Positions 26,956 through 37,085 of a stretch of DNA of 64,000 nt are shown here, piece after piece; the stretch's first letter is position 1; every line of letters begins with the position of its first letter. Position numbers and translations under genes: made by a program. Under the pieces are notes generated by a model. The model saw nothing but the letters and a program-made list of their open reading frames with translations. It did no database searches and was not told where the DNA came from. The DNA comes from Candidatus Curtissbacteria bacterium RIFOXYA1_FULL_41_14 (GTDB taxonomy: Bacteria > Patescibacteriota > Microgenomatia > Curtissbacterales > GWA2-41-24). The stretch lies in NCBI GenBank assembly GCA_001775095.1, contig MFCA01000025.1, positions 116,075 to 180,074 on the forward strand, given 5' to 3'.

Positions 26956-27161
26956 GTCATCGCGAGTCGAATCTTGTTCGACGTGGCGATCTTTTATATT
27001 CGCTCGCAGAACACCGTGGACTATTAGTCCACGGATGAATGCGAGAGAATACATACTTCCGAGGAGCGGGATGTTCTGCTCGCTCATGTAAACTTAAAGA
27101 ACAATACCGAGGACTCTTAGCCCTCGGAAGTTTATAGATTGCTTCGCTGCGCTCGCAATGA
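26956..27161. repeat. ~206-bp structured element with terminal inverted repeats 'GTCATCGCGAG...CTCGCAATGAC' and several internal perfect hairpins
   Basis: Termini are reverse complements of each other. Internal palindromes include 'CCGTGGACTATTAGTCCACGG' and 'CCGAGGACTCTTAGCCCTCGG'. The 97-aa ORF inside it is likely spurious. Confidence 0.5.
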
Positions 27162-27233
27162 CAACATCTTCTTCTTTCAGTCGGGTTGATTTTTAGCCTT
27201 ATTTGGGGTATATTGCAGCCTTGGAGGGAACAA

Positions 27234-27617
27234 ATGCCGGAATATGACAAAGAGAGAGCTGCAGGGAGTCTGACTGGTGAAACAACTAGTACCAGTTCTG
27301 ACGAAGCGATCAGGGCAATTCTTAGAGATTTAGCTCGTGAATATCACGGTCTCCGTAACACAGAGAAGACTGATGACGCAGAATTGTTCTCAGCAACAGA
27401 ACAATTGCCTCCGAGACCGATAGGCAGTACATTCCAGCAACCCATAATTACTGAAATTAAGCTTCCTGATTCTTTGAGAGAACCTTCTGAGGAATTAACT
27501 GGAAATCAAATTGCGGGGATTAAAGCAGAACAAAAGGTAGCGTATGCGGAACAAGATGATAGGAAAAGACGAAAATTTCGTTTTCCCCTTGGACTTCTAA
27601 ACGTACTTTTGCATTAA
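27234..27617 (+). CDS. hypothetical acidic low-complexity protein
   Basis: Upstream 'TTGATT-17-TATATT' and RBS 'GGAGG' 7 nt before the ATG. No recognisable domain. Confidence 0.45.
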   Translation: MPEYDKERAAGSLTGETTSTSSDEAIRAILRDLAREYHGLRNTEKTDDAELFSATEQLPPRPIGSTFQQPIITEIKLPDSLREPSEELTGNQIAGIKAEQKVAYAEQDDRKRRKFRFPLGLLNVLLH

Positions 27618-27628
27618 GATTTTAGAAA

Positions 27629-27901
27629 TTACTTAATGAGTCTCTTGAGGGTTTTGCCTGCGGTAAAGCCGGGAAGTTTGTGGCCGGCTATTTGAATCGT
27701 GTCACCGGTTTGAGGGTTTCTGCCTTTACGAGTTGCTCTGCTTCTAACTTCGAAAGTCCCAAAACCGGTTATAACCACTTTGTCGCCTTTCGAAAGAGAC
27801 TCTTTAATTAACCCAAAAACTGAATTAACCGAATCAAAGGCAGCTTTTTTAGTTAGCCCTACTTTTTTGGAAAGTTTTTCTGTAAGTTCTTTTTTAGTCA
27901 T
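27629..27901 (-). CDS. hup: DNA-binding protein HU
   Basis: 90 aa with '[21 protein letters not shown]' arm motif. Confidence 0.9.
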   Translation of the reverse strand: [90 protein letters not shown]

Positions 27902-27961
27902 TTGTTAAATGCGAATGTATGCGAATGGTTAAAATCTATCTTACAAGATTAGATTGTTCTA

Positions 27962-27996
27962 ACAAAGCATTATATCTCAAAAAATATTATTGTCAA
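27962..27996 (-). promoter_or_regulatory. sigma70-like promoter (TTGACA-17-TATAAT) for hup, flanked by ATGCGAAT-type direct repeats
   Basis: Minus strand reads 'ATTCGCGTACATTCGCATTTGACAATAATATTTTTTGAGATATAAT'. The same ATTCGC(A/G)TACATTCGCATTT box recurs abutting the hup ATG. Confidence 0.55.
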
Positions 27997-28015
27997 ATGC
28001 GAATGTACGCGAATA

Positions 28016-29524
28016 TTACTTGGCGATGTCAACTGCTCGAGTTTCTCGAATAACTGTAACCGTAATTTGGCCAGGATATGTTAATTCCTTTTCCAGTTTT
28101 TCTCGAATAGCGTGTGAAAGAGTAACTATACCATCATCGTCAACCATGGTCGGCTCGACAATTACCCTAACTTCTCTGCCAGCCTGAATTGCGTAAGCTT
28201 TATCAACCCCCGAGAAAGAGGCCGCAATTTTTTCAATATCCGAAAGACGCCTCAGGTAGTCTTCAACTGGTTCATGCCGGGCTCCGGGTCTGGCACCGGA
28301 AACTGCATCGGCAATATGAACAATCACTGATTCTATAGAAGTGAAGGGCTCGTCTTCATGATGTTGAGCAATACAAGCAATAACTTCTTTGGGAAAACCC
28401 CATTTTTTAGCAAGTTCCACTCCTAGCTGGACATGAGTGCCCTCTTTTTCTACTTCGATTTTTCCGATGTCATGAAAAAGTCCGCCAGTTGCGCAAATGG
28501 TAACATTGGCGCCTAATTCTTCGGCAATTTTTTTGGCAATTTTGGCTGTTTCAATAGACGCTATCAGTTGATTTTGGCCGTAGGAATATCGGAATTTTAA
28601 TCGGCCTAATCCATCAAGGGCTTCTTGGGATAAGTTGTAAAGACCCAATTCACCGGCAGCCCGCCTGCCTGCTTCAGACATATCTTGGTCCACTAATCTT
28701 TTGGCTTTGGCAACTGATTCCTCTATCCTTGTGGGCTGGATCCTCGTATCTTTTACTAGCCACTCCAGTGCAATTCTGGCAATTTCACGGCGAATTGGAT
28801 CAAATGAAGAAAGCCTCACCTCATCTGGTACATCACTATCCAGTTCGACATCAACGCCGGTTGCCAGTTCAAAAGCCCGGATGTTGCGGCCTTCTTTGCC
28901 GATAATTCTGCCTTTAATATCTTCAGACTCCAGCTTTACAACAGAAACTGTGTATTCGGCTATCCAGTCAGTAGCACCGGCAATCATGGCATTGGCCAGT
29001 ATTTCGCGGGCCAGATGTTGCGACTGCGACTTAATTTCTTCTTCAGCCTCTTTTATCCTTTTGGCAACTTCATCTTTAAGTTGAGATTCTAAATTTTCGA
29101 TAATGAGTGTTTTTGCTTCTTCGGATGTCAAAGAGCTTGTTTTTTCAAGTTTGGTAACAAGATCGCTTCTTAGCCTGGAAATTGCATCCTCTTGAGTGGA
29201 TAAAGCAACCCTTAGGTCTGCTAACTGTTTCTCTTGTTTTTCGATTTGAGCTATTCGCTGATCAAGTGAATCTTCTTTGGCCGCTATTCTTTTTTCAAAC
29301 TCTAAGGATTCCTGTCTAATCCTGGTAGCTTCTTCTTCGGCGGCTTTTCTTATGCGGTAGGCTTCGTCTCTGGCGTCTTGAATTATCTCGCGAGCCGTAG
29401 CTTTTATATCGAACCGATCTTGTCGTCCTGTTGATTGTTTACCAACAGAAACCACTACCCTTTTAGGATTCTGGGTTAATCTTTTTTTCGGTTTTTGGCC
29501 TGGTAAAATTCCAAATGGTGCCAT
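28016..29524 (-). CDS. rny: ribonuclease Y
   Basis: N-terminal coiled-coil, KH domain and HD domain ('FHDIGK'). ~500 aa. Confidence 0.85.
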   Translation of the reverse strand: MAPFGILPGQKPKKRLTQNPKRVVVSVGKQSTGRQDRFDIKATAREIIQDARDEAYRIRKAAEEEATRIRQESLEFEKRIAAKEDSLDQRIAQIEKQEKQLADLRVALSTQEDAISRLRSDLVTKLEKTSSLTSEEAKTLIIENLESQLKDEVAKRIKEAEEEIKSQSQHLAREILANAMIAGATDWIAEYTVSVVKLESEDIKGRIIGKEGRNIRAFELATGVDVELDSDVPDEVRLSSFDPIRREIARIALEWLVKDTRIQPTRIEESVAKAKRLVDQDMSEAGRRAAGELGLYNLSQEALDGLGRLKFRYSYGQNQLIASIETAKIAKKIAEELGANVTICATGGLFHDIGKIEVEKEGTHVQLGVELAKKWGFPKEVIACIAQHHEDEPFTSIESVIVHIADAVSGARPGARHEPVEDYLRRLSDIEKIAASFSGVDKAYAIQAGREVRVIVEPTMVDDDGIVTLSHAIREKLEKELTYPGQITVTVIRETRAVDIAK

Positions 29525-29669
29525 ATTTTAAATTTTGGGAAAGAAACAGCAAGAATCCACCGCAACTAACGCGGTTCAAAAAGAAGTGCTTTTGTGGCTA
29601 TAGTTAAAAGCTTCATTTTTACTTATCACTTGCTTTTTTAACTTTTCTTTCCTTGTTTCTTTGTAAATT

Positions 29670-30326
29670 TTAATGTTTTTTTTCTAAATTTGCAAATACC
29701 TCTCCTATCGTCTCAAAATTAAAGCCGCGACTCGCAAGATATTGATATATTTTTTTCTTAAAATCTCCTTTTGGCAATTTTTGCCAGTTTGCCAGTTTTT
29801 TTTCAATCGCTCTTTTAGCAAGTACTGTCTGGTCGGGATACTTAGCGATAATTGAATTGATAATTTCATCGTCTATTCCTTTCTTTTCAAGATCGAACTT
29901 AACAAGTGACAAACCCTGCGGCTTTGATCTTATTCGGGACCTGACAAGCCAGTTGGCAAATTCAAAATCGTCAAGATACTTATATTTTTTGAGTTTTAAG
30001 ACTACCTGTTTGATTAGGGGACTTTCCTTTGCTTGGGAATATTTAATGTTTTCTTTTTGAGAAATTTTCCCGATTAAATAATCAACTACCTCTTTTTCGC
30101 TTCTGGGTCGATATGATAAAAATCTCAGTGATTGATCCATAAGCTTTCCAAGTTCGTTTTCTTTTATTAACTTTTCAATTTGGGATTGGGTTAGGCTTTG
30201 ACTAATTTTCAAGTTGTATTTGAGAAGAACATTTTCATCAGCTGCGAAACCAAATTCTTCGTCTAAAAAAATATTAAATCTATTTTTTCTTTTTTTCTGA
30301 GGCTCAATCGAAGTAATAAGGGGCAT
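29670..30326 (-). CDS. recX: regulatory protein RecX
   Basis: RecX-like helical repeats, immediately downstream of recA. Confidence 0.6.
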   Translation of the reverse strand: MPLITSIEPQKKRKNRFNIFLDEEFGFAADENVLLKYNLKISQSLTQSQIEKLIKENELGKLMDQSLRFLSYRPRSEKEVVDYLIGKISQKENIKYSQAKESPLIKQVVLKLKKYKYLDDFEFANWLVRSRIRSKPQGLSLVKFDLEKKGIDDEIINSIIAKYPDQTVLAKRAIEKKLANWQKLPKGDFKKKIYQYLASRGFNFETIGEVFANLEKKH

Positions 30327-31393
30327 TAAGCTGCGGCAATTTCTTCTAAAATTTCCTCATCTTCCGATTCTGAGTTGGTAACCTTGGGTTTTGTGGGTAG
30401 ACCCTTTTTAACTTTGGCCCAAATTTCCTTTTCCAAAACAGCAAATTCCTTTTTGTGTTCCCGGAAATATTCCTTGGCACTTTCCCTGCCCTGGCCTAGC
30501 ATTTTGGCGCCCCAGCGGAAGAATGCTCCGCTTTTGGTAACAAGACCTAATTCGAGTGCGACATCCAGAAGTCCACCCTCTTTTGAAATTCCTTCCTCGG
30601 CCATGATGTCGAATTCGGCGACTCTAAAAGGAGGGGCGATTTTATTTTTAACTATTTTTACCCGATGACGGGTACCGATCACCTTATCGCCTTCCTTTAT
30701 ATTATCTATCTTACGAATATCGATTCTGACTGACGAGTAGAATTTCAAAGCCCGCCCGCCGGGAGTAACTTCCGGATTGCCAAACATCACGCCGATTTTT
30801 TCCCGAAGTTGATTGGTAAAAATAACGACAGTTTTTGATTTGGAAATTGCACCGGTTAATTTTCTCAATGCCTGAGACATTAATCTTGCTTGAACCCCCA
30901 TCATCGAATCGCCCATTTCTCCTTCTATTTCAGCCCTTGGTACAAGAGCGGCAACAGAGTCAATAATAACAACGTCGATTGCGCCGGAACGAATTAAGGT
31001 TTCGGTTATTTCAAGTGCCTGTTCCCCCGTATCCGGCTGGGAAATAAGAAGATCGTCCAGAGTAACGCCAACTTTTTGAGCCCAAGCTGGATCAAGGGCA
31101 TGTTCGGCATCAATTAGTGCTGCCGAGCCGCCGTTTTTTTGGGCCTGGGCAATAATTGAAAGAGCCAAGGTTGTTTTACCGGATGCTTCCGGGCCAAAGA
31201 TTTCAATGATTCTGCCGCGAGGAAGTCCGCCGGCTCCTAAAGCCAGATCGACAGGCACTGCCCCGGTTGGAATTGTTTCAATTTCAAGTTTGCCTATTGA
31301 CTCGCCCATTTTCATAATGGAACCCTTGCCGTATGCTTTTTCGATTTGAGAAATTGCGGTGAGGATTGCTTGCTTTTTAGCGTCAGTGGTCAT
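30326..31393 (-). CDS. recA: recombinase RecA
   Basis: '[12 protein letters not shown]' P-loop with L1/L2 loops. Confidence 0.95.
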   Translation of the reverse strand: MTTDAKKQAILTAISQIEKAYGKGSIMKMGESIGKLEIETIPTGAVPVDLALGAGGLPRGRIIEIFGPEASGKTTLALSIIAQAQKNGGSAALIDAEHALDPAWAQKVGVTLDDLLISQPDTGEQALEITETLIRSGAIDVVIIDSVAALVPRAEIEGEMGDSMMGVQARLMSQALRKLTGAISKSKTVVIFTNQLREKIGVMFGNPEVTPGGRALKFYSSVRIDIRKIDNIKEGDKVIGTRHRVKIVKNKIAPPFRVAEFDIMAEEGISKEGGLLDVALELGLVTKSGAFFRWGAKMLGQGRESAKEYFREHKKEFAVLEKEIWAKVKKGLPTKPKVTNSESEDEEILEEIAAA

Positions 31394-31510
31394 ATTTTCC
31401 CGCGGCAGTTCAGACTAGTTTTACTATAGATTTGCTAAAAATACAAGAGGTGATAGAATATCCTAGACTTTTTGTGTTTTAGAGTTATAATCAAATGCTT
31501 TAGCATTTGG

Positions 31511-31584
31511 CGGGGTGTAGTTCAGTTGGCCAGAACGCCAGGCTGGGGGTCTGGAAGTCGTCGGTTCAAGTCCGACCACCCCGA
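31511..31584 (+). tRNA. tRNA-Pro (anticodon GGG)
   Basis: Cloverleaf by hand: acceptor CGGGGTG/CACCCCG, D-arm GTTC..GAAC, anticodon arm CCAGG-CU GGG GG-TCTGG, T-arm GTCGG-TTCAAGT-CCGAC, discriminator A. No encoded CCA. Confidence 0.75.
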
Positions 31585-31807
31585 CCCTTCGACTCACTTC
31601 GTTCGCTCAGGGTCTTCGACCCGCGAAGTGGGGTGAAGGGCGTGGAGACAGCGCAGAATTCACTTGCAGAAATAAAACATTTAAAGTTGTATACAAAGAG
31701 GAATATGCAACTTTAAAAATTTCACCCCCGATGTGTACAAGCATTCATACGTCGGGATTAAAATTGCTATTTGACAAAGTTCAATTAAATAGGGTTATAT
31801 ATTAGGT

Positions 31808-31960
31808 ATGTCATTTCTAGACTTCTTTAAAAATCTGTTTGGCAAGAAAGACAAAGGACCAGATCAGCCGCAAGAAGGAATGGATCAGCCCTCACCACAG
31901 CAGACCCCACAAACAGGTCCTGCACAAACATCAACACCTCCCCCGACGAGCCAGTCCTAA
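31808..31960 (+). CDS. putative small protein (50 aa), N-terminal 'MSFLDFFKNLFGKK', Pro/Gln/Thr-rich tail
   Basis: Not in the ORF track (<60 aa). Preceded by TTGACA ... TATATA promoter-like signals. Confidence 0.3.
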   Translation: MSFLDFFKNLFGKKDKGPDQPQEGMDQPSPQQTPQTGPAQTSTPPPTSQS

Positions 31961-32037
31961 ACTCGGCTAGAATTGTGATTTTTTACTATCGATTTATTGG
32001 AAATTTTAATATGAAGTGATCTTTTTGCGATCGCTTA

Positions 32038-32478
32038 TTAACGTTTAGGACTCTGCTTTCCTTTTCTGGCCTTTTGGGCCAAGCCGTATTTGCGGCGTTC
32101 TTTAACTCTAGAATCACGGGTCAAAAGGTGGGCCTTTTTTAAAATGGGACGAAAGTCGGAATTTGCTAGAATAAGTGCACGCGACAGGCCATGAATAACA
32201 GCTTCGAGCTGGCCATTTTTACCAGATCCTTCAACTTTAATAGTTGCAAAATAAGCACCATCTGATTTTGTCAAAACAAAAGGCCTTTGCCATTTAATTT
32301 TAGCAATTTCTCCCGGAAAGTATTGCTCTATCGGTTTTTCATTAACAATCATCTGGCCCTTTCCTTTAAACAATCGTACTCTGGCTGCGGCTTCTTTTCT
32401 TCGACCATGGGCTACAACGAATTCTGCGTTCTTTTTTTTACTGGCAGATGTTGATTTTATCTGATCTTTTGGTTTCAT
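32038..32478 (-). CDS. rpsI: 30S ribosomal protein S9
   Basis: Conserved C-terminal 'KQSPKR'. Confidence 0.85.
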   Translation of the reverse strand: MKPKDQIKSTSASKKKNAEFVVAHGRRKEAAARVRLFKGKGQMIVNEKPIEQYFPGEIAKIKWQRPFVLTKSDGAYFATIKVEGSGKNGQLEAVIHGLSRALILANSDFRPILKKAHLLTRDSRVKERRKYGLAQKARKGKQSPKR

Positions 32479-32987
32479 TTTCTTGCAACCACTGAAGACA
32501 CTGATTTATTTTCAGTATTTTCAGTTTTCCTTTCAGTGATTTCAGTGGTTGCAGGTTTTTTGATCACTGAAGGCGCTGAGTCTTTGAATTTATCCTGGTA
32601 AGGGTGATCGGTATCCGGATAGATGTAGAGTTTCTTGAGCATAAGTTTACCAAGTTTGGACTTAGGAAGCATACCAATAACCGCATGTCTTATTAAATTT
32701 TCTGGTTTTTGTTTTCTCGCCTGAGAGGCGGTTTTAACATAAAGACCGCCCGGATATTGGGAATGGTGATAATATTTTTTCTGACTTTCTTTCTTGCCGG
32801 AAAGAATTATATCTTTGGCGTTAATGACAACAATATAATCCCCTGTATCCAGATTAGGGGTGTAATAGCTTTTATTTTTACCCATTAGGATCTGGGCGGT
32901 TTCCGATGATAAACGTCCTAAAATTTTATTTTTAGCATCAATAAGATGCCACTCTCTTTGAATGTCTGCTGATCTAATGTTTTTCAT
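32475..32987 (-). CDS. rplM: 50S ribosomal protein L13, with C-terminal extension
   Basis: L13 N-terminal 'WHLIDAKNKILGRL'. Confidence 0.85.
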   Translation of the reverse strand: MKNIRSADIQREWHLIDAKNKILGRLSSETAQILMGKNKSYYTPNLDTGDYIVVINAKDIILSGKKESQKKYYHHSQYPGGLYVKTASQARKQKPENLIRHAVIGMLPKSKLGKLMLKKLYIYPDTDHPYQDKFKDSAPSVIKKPATTEITERKTENTENKSVSSVVARK

Positions 32988-33471
32988 TTTTTGATTTTCG
33001 CGGATTTGTAGCGGATTTTCGCTGATTTTTGGTCGTCGCAGAGGACACAGAGGCTCTTTGCTTTTTCTTAATTCTCTGTGCCTTCTTTTTATTCTCTGTG
33101 TTTTCTGTGATCCCTTCTTTCCAGTCTAAAAGCTCAATTCTGGCCATTGGGGCATTATCTCCGCGCCTGGGACCCATTTTAGTAATCCTTGTAAATCCGG
33201 ATGTCCTATTCTCGTAAAGCCCTTTGGCCTGTTTAAATAGACTTTTAAATGCCTGGCTGGTTAATTTAGACGCCAGTAGTCTATTTGAGCTAAGGCGATT
33301 CTTTTTCGCTTCTGTTACTAATTTCTCAACCTGAGACCTGGCAAATTTAGCCTTCGCCAGGGTGGTATTAATAGAACCATTTACAAACAGGGAGCTTGTT
33401 AAATTACCAAGCAGCGCGTGTCTCGCGTTAGTGTCCCTGTTAAGCTTACGTCCAAATCTTGCGTGCCTCAC
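32974..33471 (-). CDS. rplQ: 50S ribosomal protein L17, with basic C-terminal extension
   Basis: 'MRHARFGRKLNRDTNARHALL'. Confidence 0.85.
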   Translation of the reverse strand: MRHARFGRKLNRDTNARHALLGNLTSSLFVNGSINTTLAKAKFARSQVEKLVTEAKKNRLSSNRLLASKLTSQAFKSLFKQAKGLYENRTSGFTRITKMGPRRGDNAPMARIELLDWKEGITENTENKKKAQRIKKKQRASVSSATTKNQRKSATNPRKSKNEKH

Positions 33472-34388
33472 TCTTTAATAAGTCCTTTCTCTTTTAATTT
33501 CTCTTCAACTAAACTAATCGACTTTGGACCCATGTTCTTCATCTTGAGAAGCTCTGTTTTCTGTTTAGCCATGAAATCACCAATGGTTTCAACTTTTTCT
33601 GACTTTAAACTATTAGTTAGCCTCACCGGTAAGTCTAATTCTTCAAGTGATGTTTTTAAGAGATCTTCGGAAATTGGCTCAACTTCGATTGCTTTTGGTT
33701 TTTTAACACCAGATGTTGGTTGATGAATCACCATAAAATGATCCGCTAAAATCTTCGCCGCTTCTTTTAGTGCTTGTGACGGTTTAATCGTTCCATCAGT
33801 TGTTATTTCAAGAGTTAACTTATCATAATTTGTCAGTCTTCCTACACGCGTTGCCTCAACTTTGTAATTGACGCTTAGAACAGGTGAGAAATTGGCGTCA
33901 ATTGGAATGACACCGATTTCACCACTTCTCCTTTCATCTGCCAGTGAATAGCCAGTCCCATTCTCAGCCATCAGATGAGATGATAACTTTGCTTTAGAAT
34001 CAACTAAATGGGCAAGAGTTAAATCACCATTAATAATCTCAACTCCGGCAGCTTTCTGGATATCTTTTGCTTTTACCTCTTTCGGTCCCCGGACGTCCAG
34101 AACCAACTTTACTGGCTTGTCCGACGAAATAGTTAATCTGACTTTTTTAAGATTTAGGATAAATTCAACAATGTCCTCGGCCATTCCAGTCATTGATGTA
34201 AACTGATGCCGAACGCCGGTGATTTTTGCTTGGGTAATGGCAGCACCGGGAAGTGAAGTCATAAGAACCCTGCGCAGAGAATTACCGAGAGTATGGCCAT
34301 AACCTTGATCTAAAGGTTCAATAACAAATTTTCCAAAATCCTGGGTTTCTTTTTCTGTTTGAACTTCAATTAGCGATAAATCAAGCAC
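33468..34388 (-). CDS. rpoA: DNA-directed RNA polymerase subunit alpha
   Basis: N-terminal dimerisation domain, alpha-CTD, and operon position. Confidence 0.9.
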   Translation of the reverse strand: MLDLSLIEVQTEKETQDFGKFVIEPLDQGYGHTLGNSLRRVLMTSLPGAAITQAKITGVRHQFTSMTGMAEDIVEFILNLKKVRLTISSDKPVKLVLDVRGPKEVKAKDIQKAAGVEIINGDLTLAHLVDSKAKLSSHLMAENGTGYSLADERRSGEIGVIPIDANFSPVLSVNYKVEATRVGRLTNYDKLTLEITTDGTIKPSQALKEAAKILADHFMVIHQPTSGVKKPKAIEVEPISEDLLKTSLEELDLPVRLTNSLKSEKVETIGDFMAKQKTELLKMKNMGPKSISLVEEKLKEKGLIKE

Positions 34389-34404
34389 TCAAATTTCACC
34401 TCCT

Positions 34405-35013
34405 TTATCTCGAGTAGTATTCTACAATCAACTTTTCATTAATATTTGCTTCTAAATCCTCACGTTTTGGTAATGCGATAATTTTTCCAACTAGCGCTTT
34501 TTTTTCAAGCCAGGATGGCAATTTTGCATCCTTTGTGTTTTCTGTTGTTTGTTTTATGAACTGAAAACCCGTGGCTTTAGTGGAAAGGGAAATAACATCG
34601 CTGATTTTAACATTAAATGAAGGAATAGTCACTTTTTTCCCATTAACCAAAACATGACCATGAGAAACTAGTTGTCTTGCCGCAGGACGACTGGCTGCTA
34701 AATTTAATCTATAAATAATATTATCGAGTCTGGTTTCCAAAAGTGTAAGCAGTGCTTCCCCGGTCAAACTCCTTTTGCGAGATGCTAAACTGAAATATCT
34801 TTTGAACTGTCTCTCTAAAAGTCCGTACATTCTTTTTACCTTTTGTTTTTCTCTCAGTTGCTGTCCATATTCAGAGATTTTTCTACGGCCCTTTAAACCA
34901 TGTTGGCCAGGAGGAGGTGCATTTTTTCTAATAACTGGGCACTTAGCTGAACCACAGATGGCAACTCCTTCTGCTCGACAAAGCCTATGTTTTGGACCTG
35001 TATAACGCGCCAT
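34405..35013 (-). CDS. rpsD: 30S ribosomal protein S4
   Basis: 'MARYTGPKHRLCR' and S4 domain. Confidence 0.9.
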   Translation of the reverse strand: MARYTGPKHRLCRAEGVAICGSAKCPVIRKNAPPPGQHGLKGRRKISEYGQQLREKQKVKRMYGLLERQFKRYFSLASRKRSLTGEALLTLLETRLDNIIYRLNLAASRPAARQLVSHGHVLVNGKKVTIPSFNVKISDVISLSTKATGFQFIKQTTENTKDAKLPSWLEKKALVGKIIALPKREDLEANINEKLIVEYYSR

Positions 35014-35015
35014 AG

Positions 35016-35414
35016 CTAGACCCTTCTCCTTTTTGAAGCTCGAGGACCATTATGTGGAATTGGTGTCACATCGGCAATCATAGAAATATTAATGCCCGCC
35101 GCTTTAAAGGCCCTGATTGCTCCGTCTCTTCCTGGTCCTGGCCCCTTGACATAAACTTCAACAGATGTGAGGCCTTTCTCTTTGGCCTTCTGGGCAACCT
35201 GCTCGACTGCGGTAGTCGCTGCATAGGGGGTTGATTTTCTGGCACCTTTAAAACCACTACTACCAGCTGAATTCCACAAAAGGGTATTACCATCCTGGTC
35301 GGTGATCGTCACAAGCGTGTTATTAAAAGTGGCTGTGACATAAGCACGGCCGCGGCCATTGGTAATCTTTAAATCTTTCGATTTTTTAACTTTTTTGTTA
35401 ATTTTTTTGGTCAT
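35016..35414 (-). CDS. rpsK: 30S ribosomal protein S11
   Basis: S11 core in conserved order. Confidence 0.9.
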   Translation of the reverse strand: MTKKINKKVKKSKDLKITNGRGRAYVTATFNNTLVTITDQDGNTLLWNSAGSSGFKGARKSTPYAATTAVEQVAQKAKEKGLTSVEVYVKGPGPGRDGAIRAFKAAGINISMIADVTPIPHNGPRASKRRRV

Positions 35415-35840
35415 TTACTTTCCAGACTCCTTTGTACTTTTCCCGGTTGGGGCTGTCCCCATTCGCGCAGTAACTTCTTTCCTGACGGTACCGATAGTTA
35501 CTTTTTTCCCTCTTTTTGTCCGGGCATTGACTCTTGTTCTTTGGCCTCTCACAGGTAAATTTTTACTGTGTCTTAAACCACGATAGCTTGCAATTTCCTG
35601 AAGTCTTTTGATATTACTTTGGGTTTCTCGCCTCAAGTCACCCTCCACTTTGTATTTTTCTATTTCTCTGGCAAGTTTATTGACTTCTTCTTCTGATAGG
35701 TTTTTAGTTCTCTTATTCGGGTCCAGACTGCAGTCTGCAAGAATTTTTTTTGCCAAAGTCGCACCGATTCCGTATATATACGGCAGCGCGGCCTCTATTC
35801 TTTTCTCACTTGGCAAATCTACACCAGCAATTCTAGCCAT
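35415..35840 (-). CDS. rpsM: 30S ribosomal protein S13
   Basis: '[10 protein letters not shown]'. Confidence 0.9.
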   Translation of the reverse strand: MARIAGVDLPSEKRIEAALPYIYGIGATLAKKILADCSLDPNKRTKNLSEEEVNKLAREIEKYKVEGDLRRETQSNIKRLQEIASYRGLRHSKNLPVRGQRTRVNARTKRGKKVTIGTVRKEVTARMGTAPTGKSTKESGK

Positions 35841-35841
35841 G

Positions 35842-35955
35842 CTAACCTTGACGCTGCTTGTGACGGGGATTACTGCAGATCACATACAGCCTGCCTTTCC
35901 TTTTAACTATTTTGCAGTTTATGCATCTTTTTTTAACGCTTGCTTGAACCTTCAT
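35842..35955 (-). CDS. rpmJ: 50S ribosomal protein L36
   Basis: Hand-translated 37 aa '[37 protein letters not shown]' with C4 zinc-ribbon. Not in the ORF track. Confidence 0.85.
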   Translation of the reverse strand: MKVQASVKKRCINCKIVKRKGRLYVICSNPRHKQRQG

Positions 35956-36191
35956 CTGTATCTAAAAGTTATTCTGCCTTTTGCTAAATCGTATGGTGTC
36001 ATTTCTATCTTTACTTTATCTCCGGGTAAAATGCGCACATAATGTATCCTCATCTTACCAGACAGATGACATAAAACATTTTTATCAGCTTCAACGCTAG
36101 GAAGTTGCCCAGCCTTTACCAAAACTCTAAACATGGTATTTGGTAGAGCCTCAATTACTTCTCCTTCAACTTCTATAACTCCCGCTTTCAT
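35952..36191 (-). CDS. infA: translation initiation factor IF-1
   Basis: S1-like OB fold, 79 aa. A perfect hairpin 'AAGGGGA...TCCCCTT' lies immediately upstream. Confidence 0.9.
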   Translation of the reverse strand: MKAGVIEVEGEVIEALPNTMFRVLVKAGQLPSVEADKNVLCHLSGKMRIHYVRILPGDKVKIEMTPYDLAKGRITFRYR

Positions 36192-36314
36192 ACTTTAAGG
36201 GGACAACCTACGGTTTTTCCCCTTAATATTCTCCTTCCCCTTTAGTGGACAAATTTAAACTGGCAGAGCCAGATTCAAATTTAATTAAAGTAATAAATTC
36301 TAATTTTACCAGAT

Positions 36315-37085
36315 TCATAAATACGGCGTCAATACTATAGGGCCACTTTTAGTTACTGCGACAGTTTGTTCAAATAAGCCCGCAAGCGAGCCGTCAATAG
36401 TTGATATCGTCCAGTTATCTTCCTCCAGCTTGACATCGCCAGAACCTTGTGCGTAAATCACTTCTATTGCTAAAACCATATTTTCTAAAATTTTTGCCCC
36501 TGTTGCCTTTTTACCAAACCCTGGAATCATTGGTTCCTCATGAAGGTTTTGACCAATTCCATGTCCAGTCAGGTTTTTAACAATTGAAAATCCAGCTTTT
36601 TCAATTTGCTCCTGAATCGTTGCTGATATATCGCCAATTCTATTTCCTATTTTTGCCTGTCTAATGGCGTTTACTAAAGTACTCTTTCCAACTGATAAAA
36701 ATTTTTTAACATTGTCTTTGACTTCACCTATCGGAACCGTGATAGCCATATCACTATGAAAACCTTTAGAGAACACACCAATGTCAATCCCTAAGATATC
36801 ACCGTTTTTTAAAATGCGGTCTTTAGGAATTCCATGAACAACTTGTTCATTGACTGTCGTACAAATTGCCCATTTATAGTCATCAACTGTCATAAAAGAT
36901 GCAGCTGCCTTTCTTTTATTAATTTCTTCTTGTGCAATAATATCCAGATCACGACAGCTAATACCCACCTTTACATTTTTTAAAATAATTTTTAGTACTT
37001 GGGCACAAATTTGCCCTGACATTTTCATAAGTGCGATTTCTTCGTTGGTTTTAACTATACTAGGACTGTTTCGTAACTTTTGCAT
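36315..37085 (-). CDS. map: methionine aminopeptidase type I
   Basis: Pita-bread fold metal ligands. Start set at 'MQKLRNSP', overlapping the adk 3' end. Confidence 0.8.
   Translation of the reverse strand: MQKLRNSPSIVKTNEEIALMKMSGQICAQVLKIILKNVKVGISCRDLDIIAQEEINKRKAAASFMTVDDYKWAICTTVNEQVVHGIPKDRILKNGDILGIDIGVFSKGFHSDMAITVPIGEVKDNVKKFLSVGKSTLVNAIRQAKIGNRIGDISATIQEQIEKAGFSIVKNLTGHGIGQNLHEEPMIPGFGKKATGAKILENMVLAIEVIYAQGSGDVKLEEDNWTISTIDGSLAGLFEQTVAVTKSGPIVLTPYL

Noticed and set aside
26957-27250. 97-aa ORF on the minus strand
   Set aside because: Lies entirely within the 206-bp TIR-bounded hairpin element. Its composition is dictated by the palindromes, so it is likely spurious.
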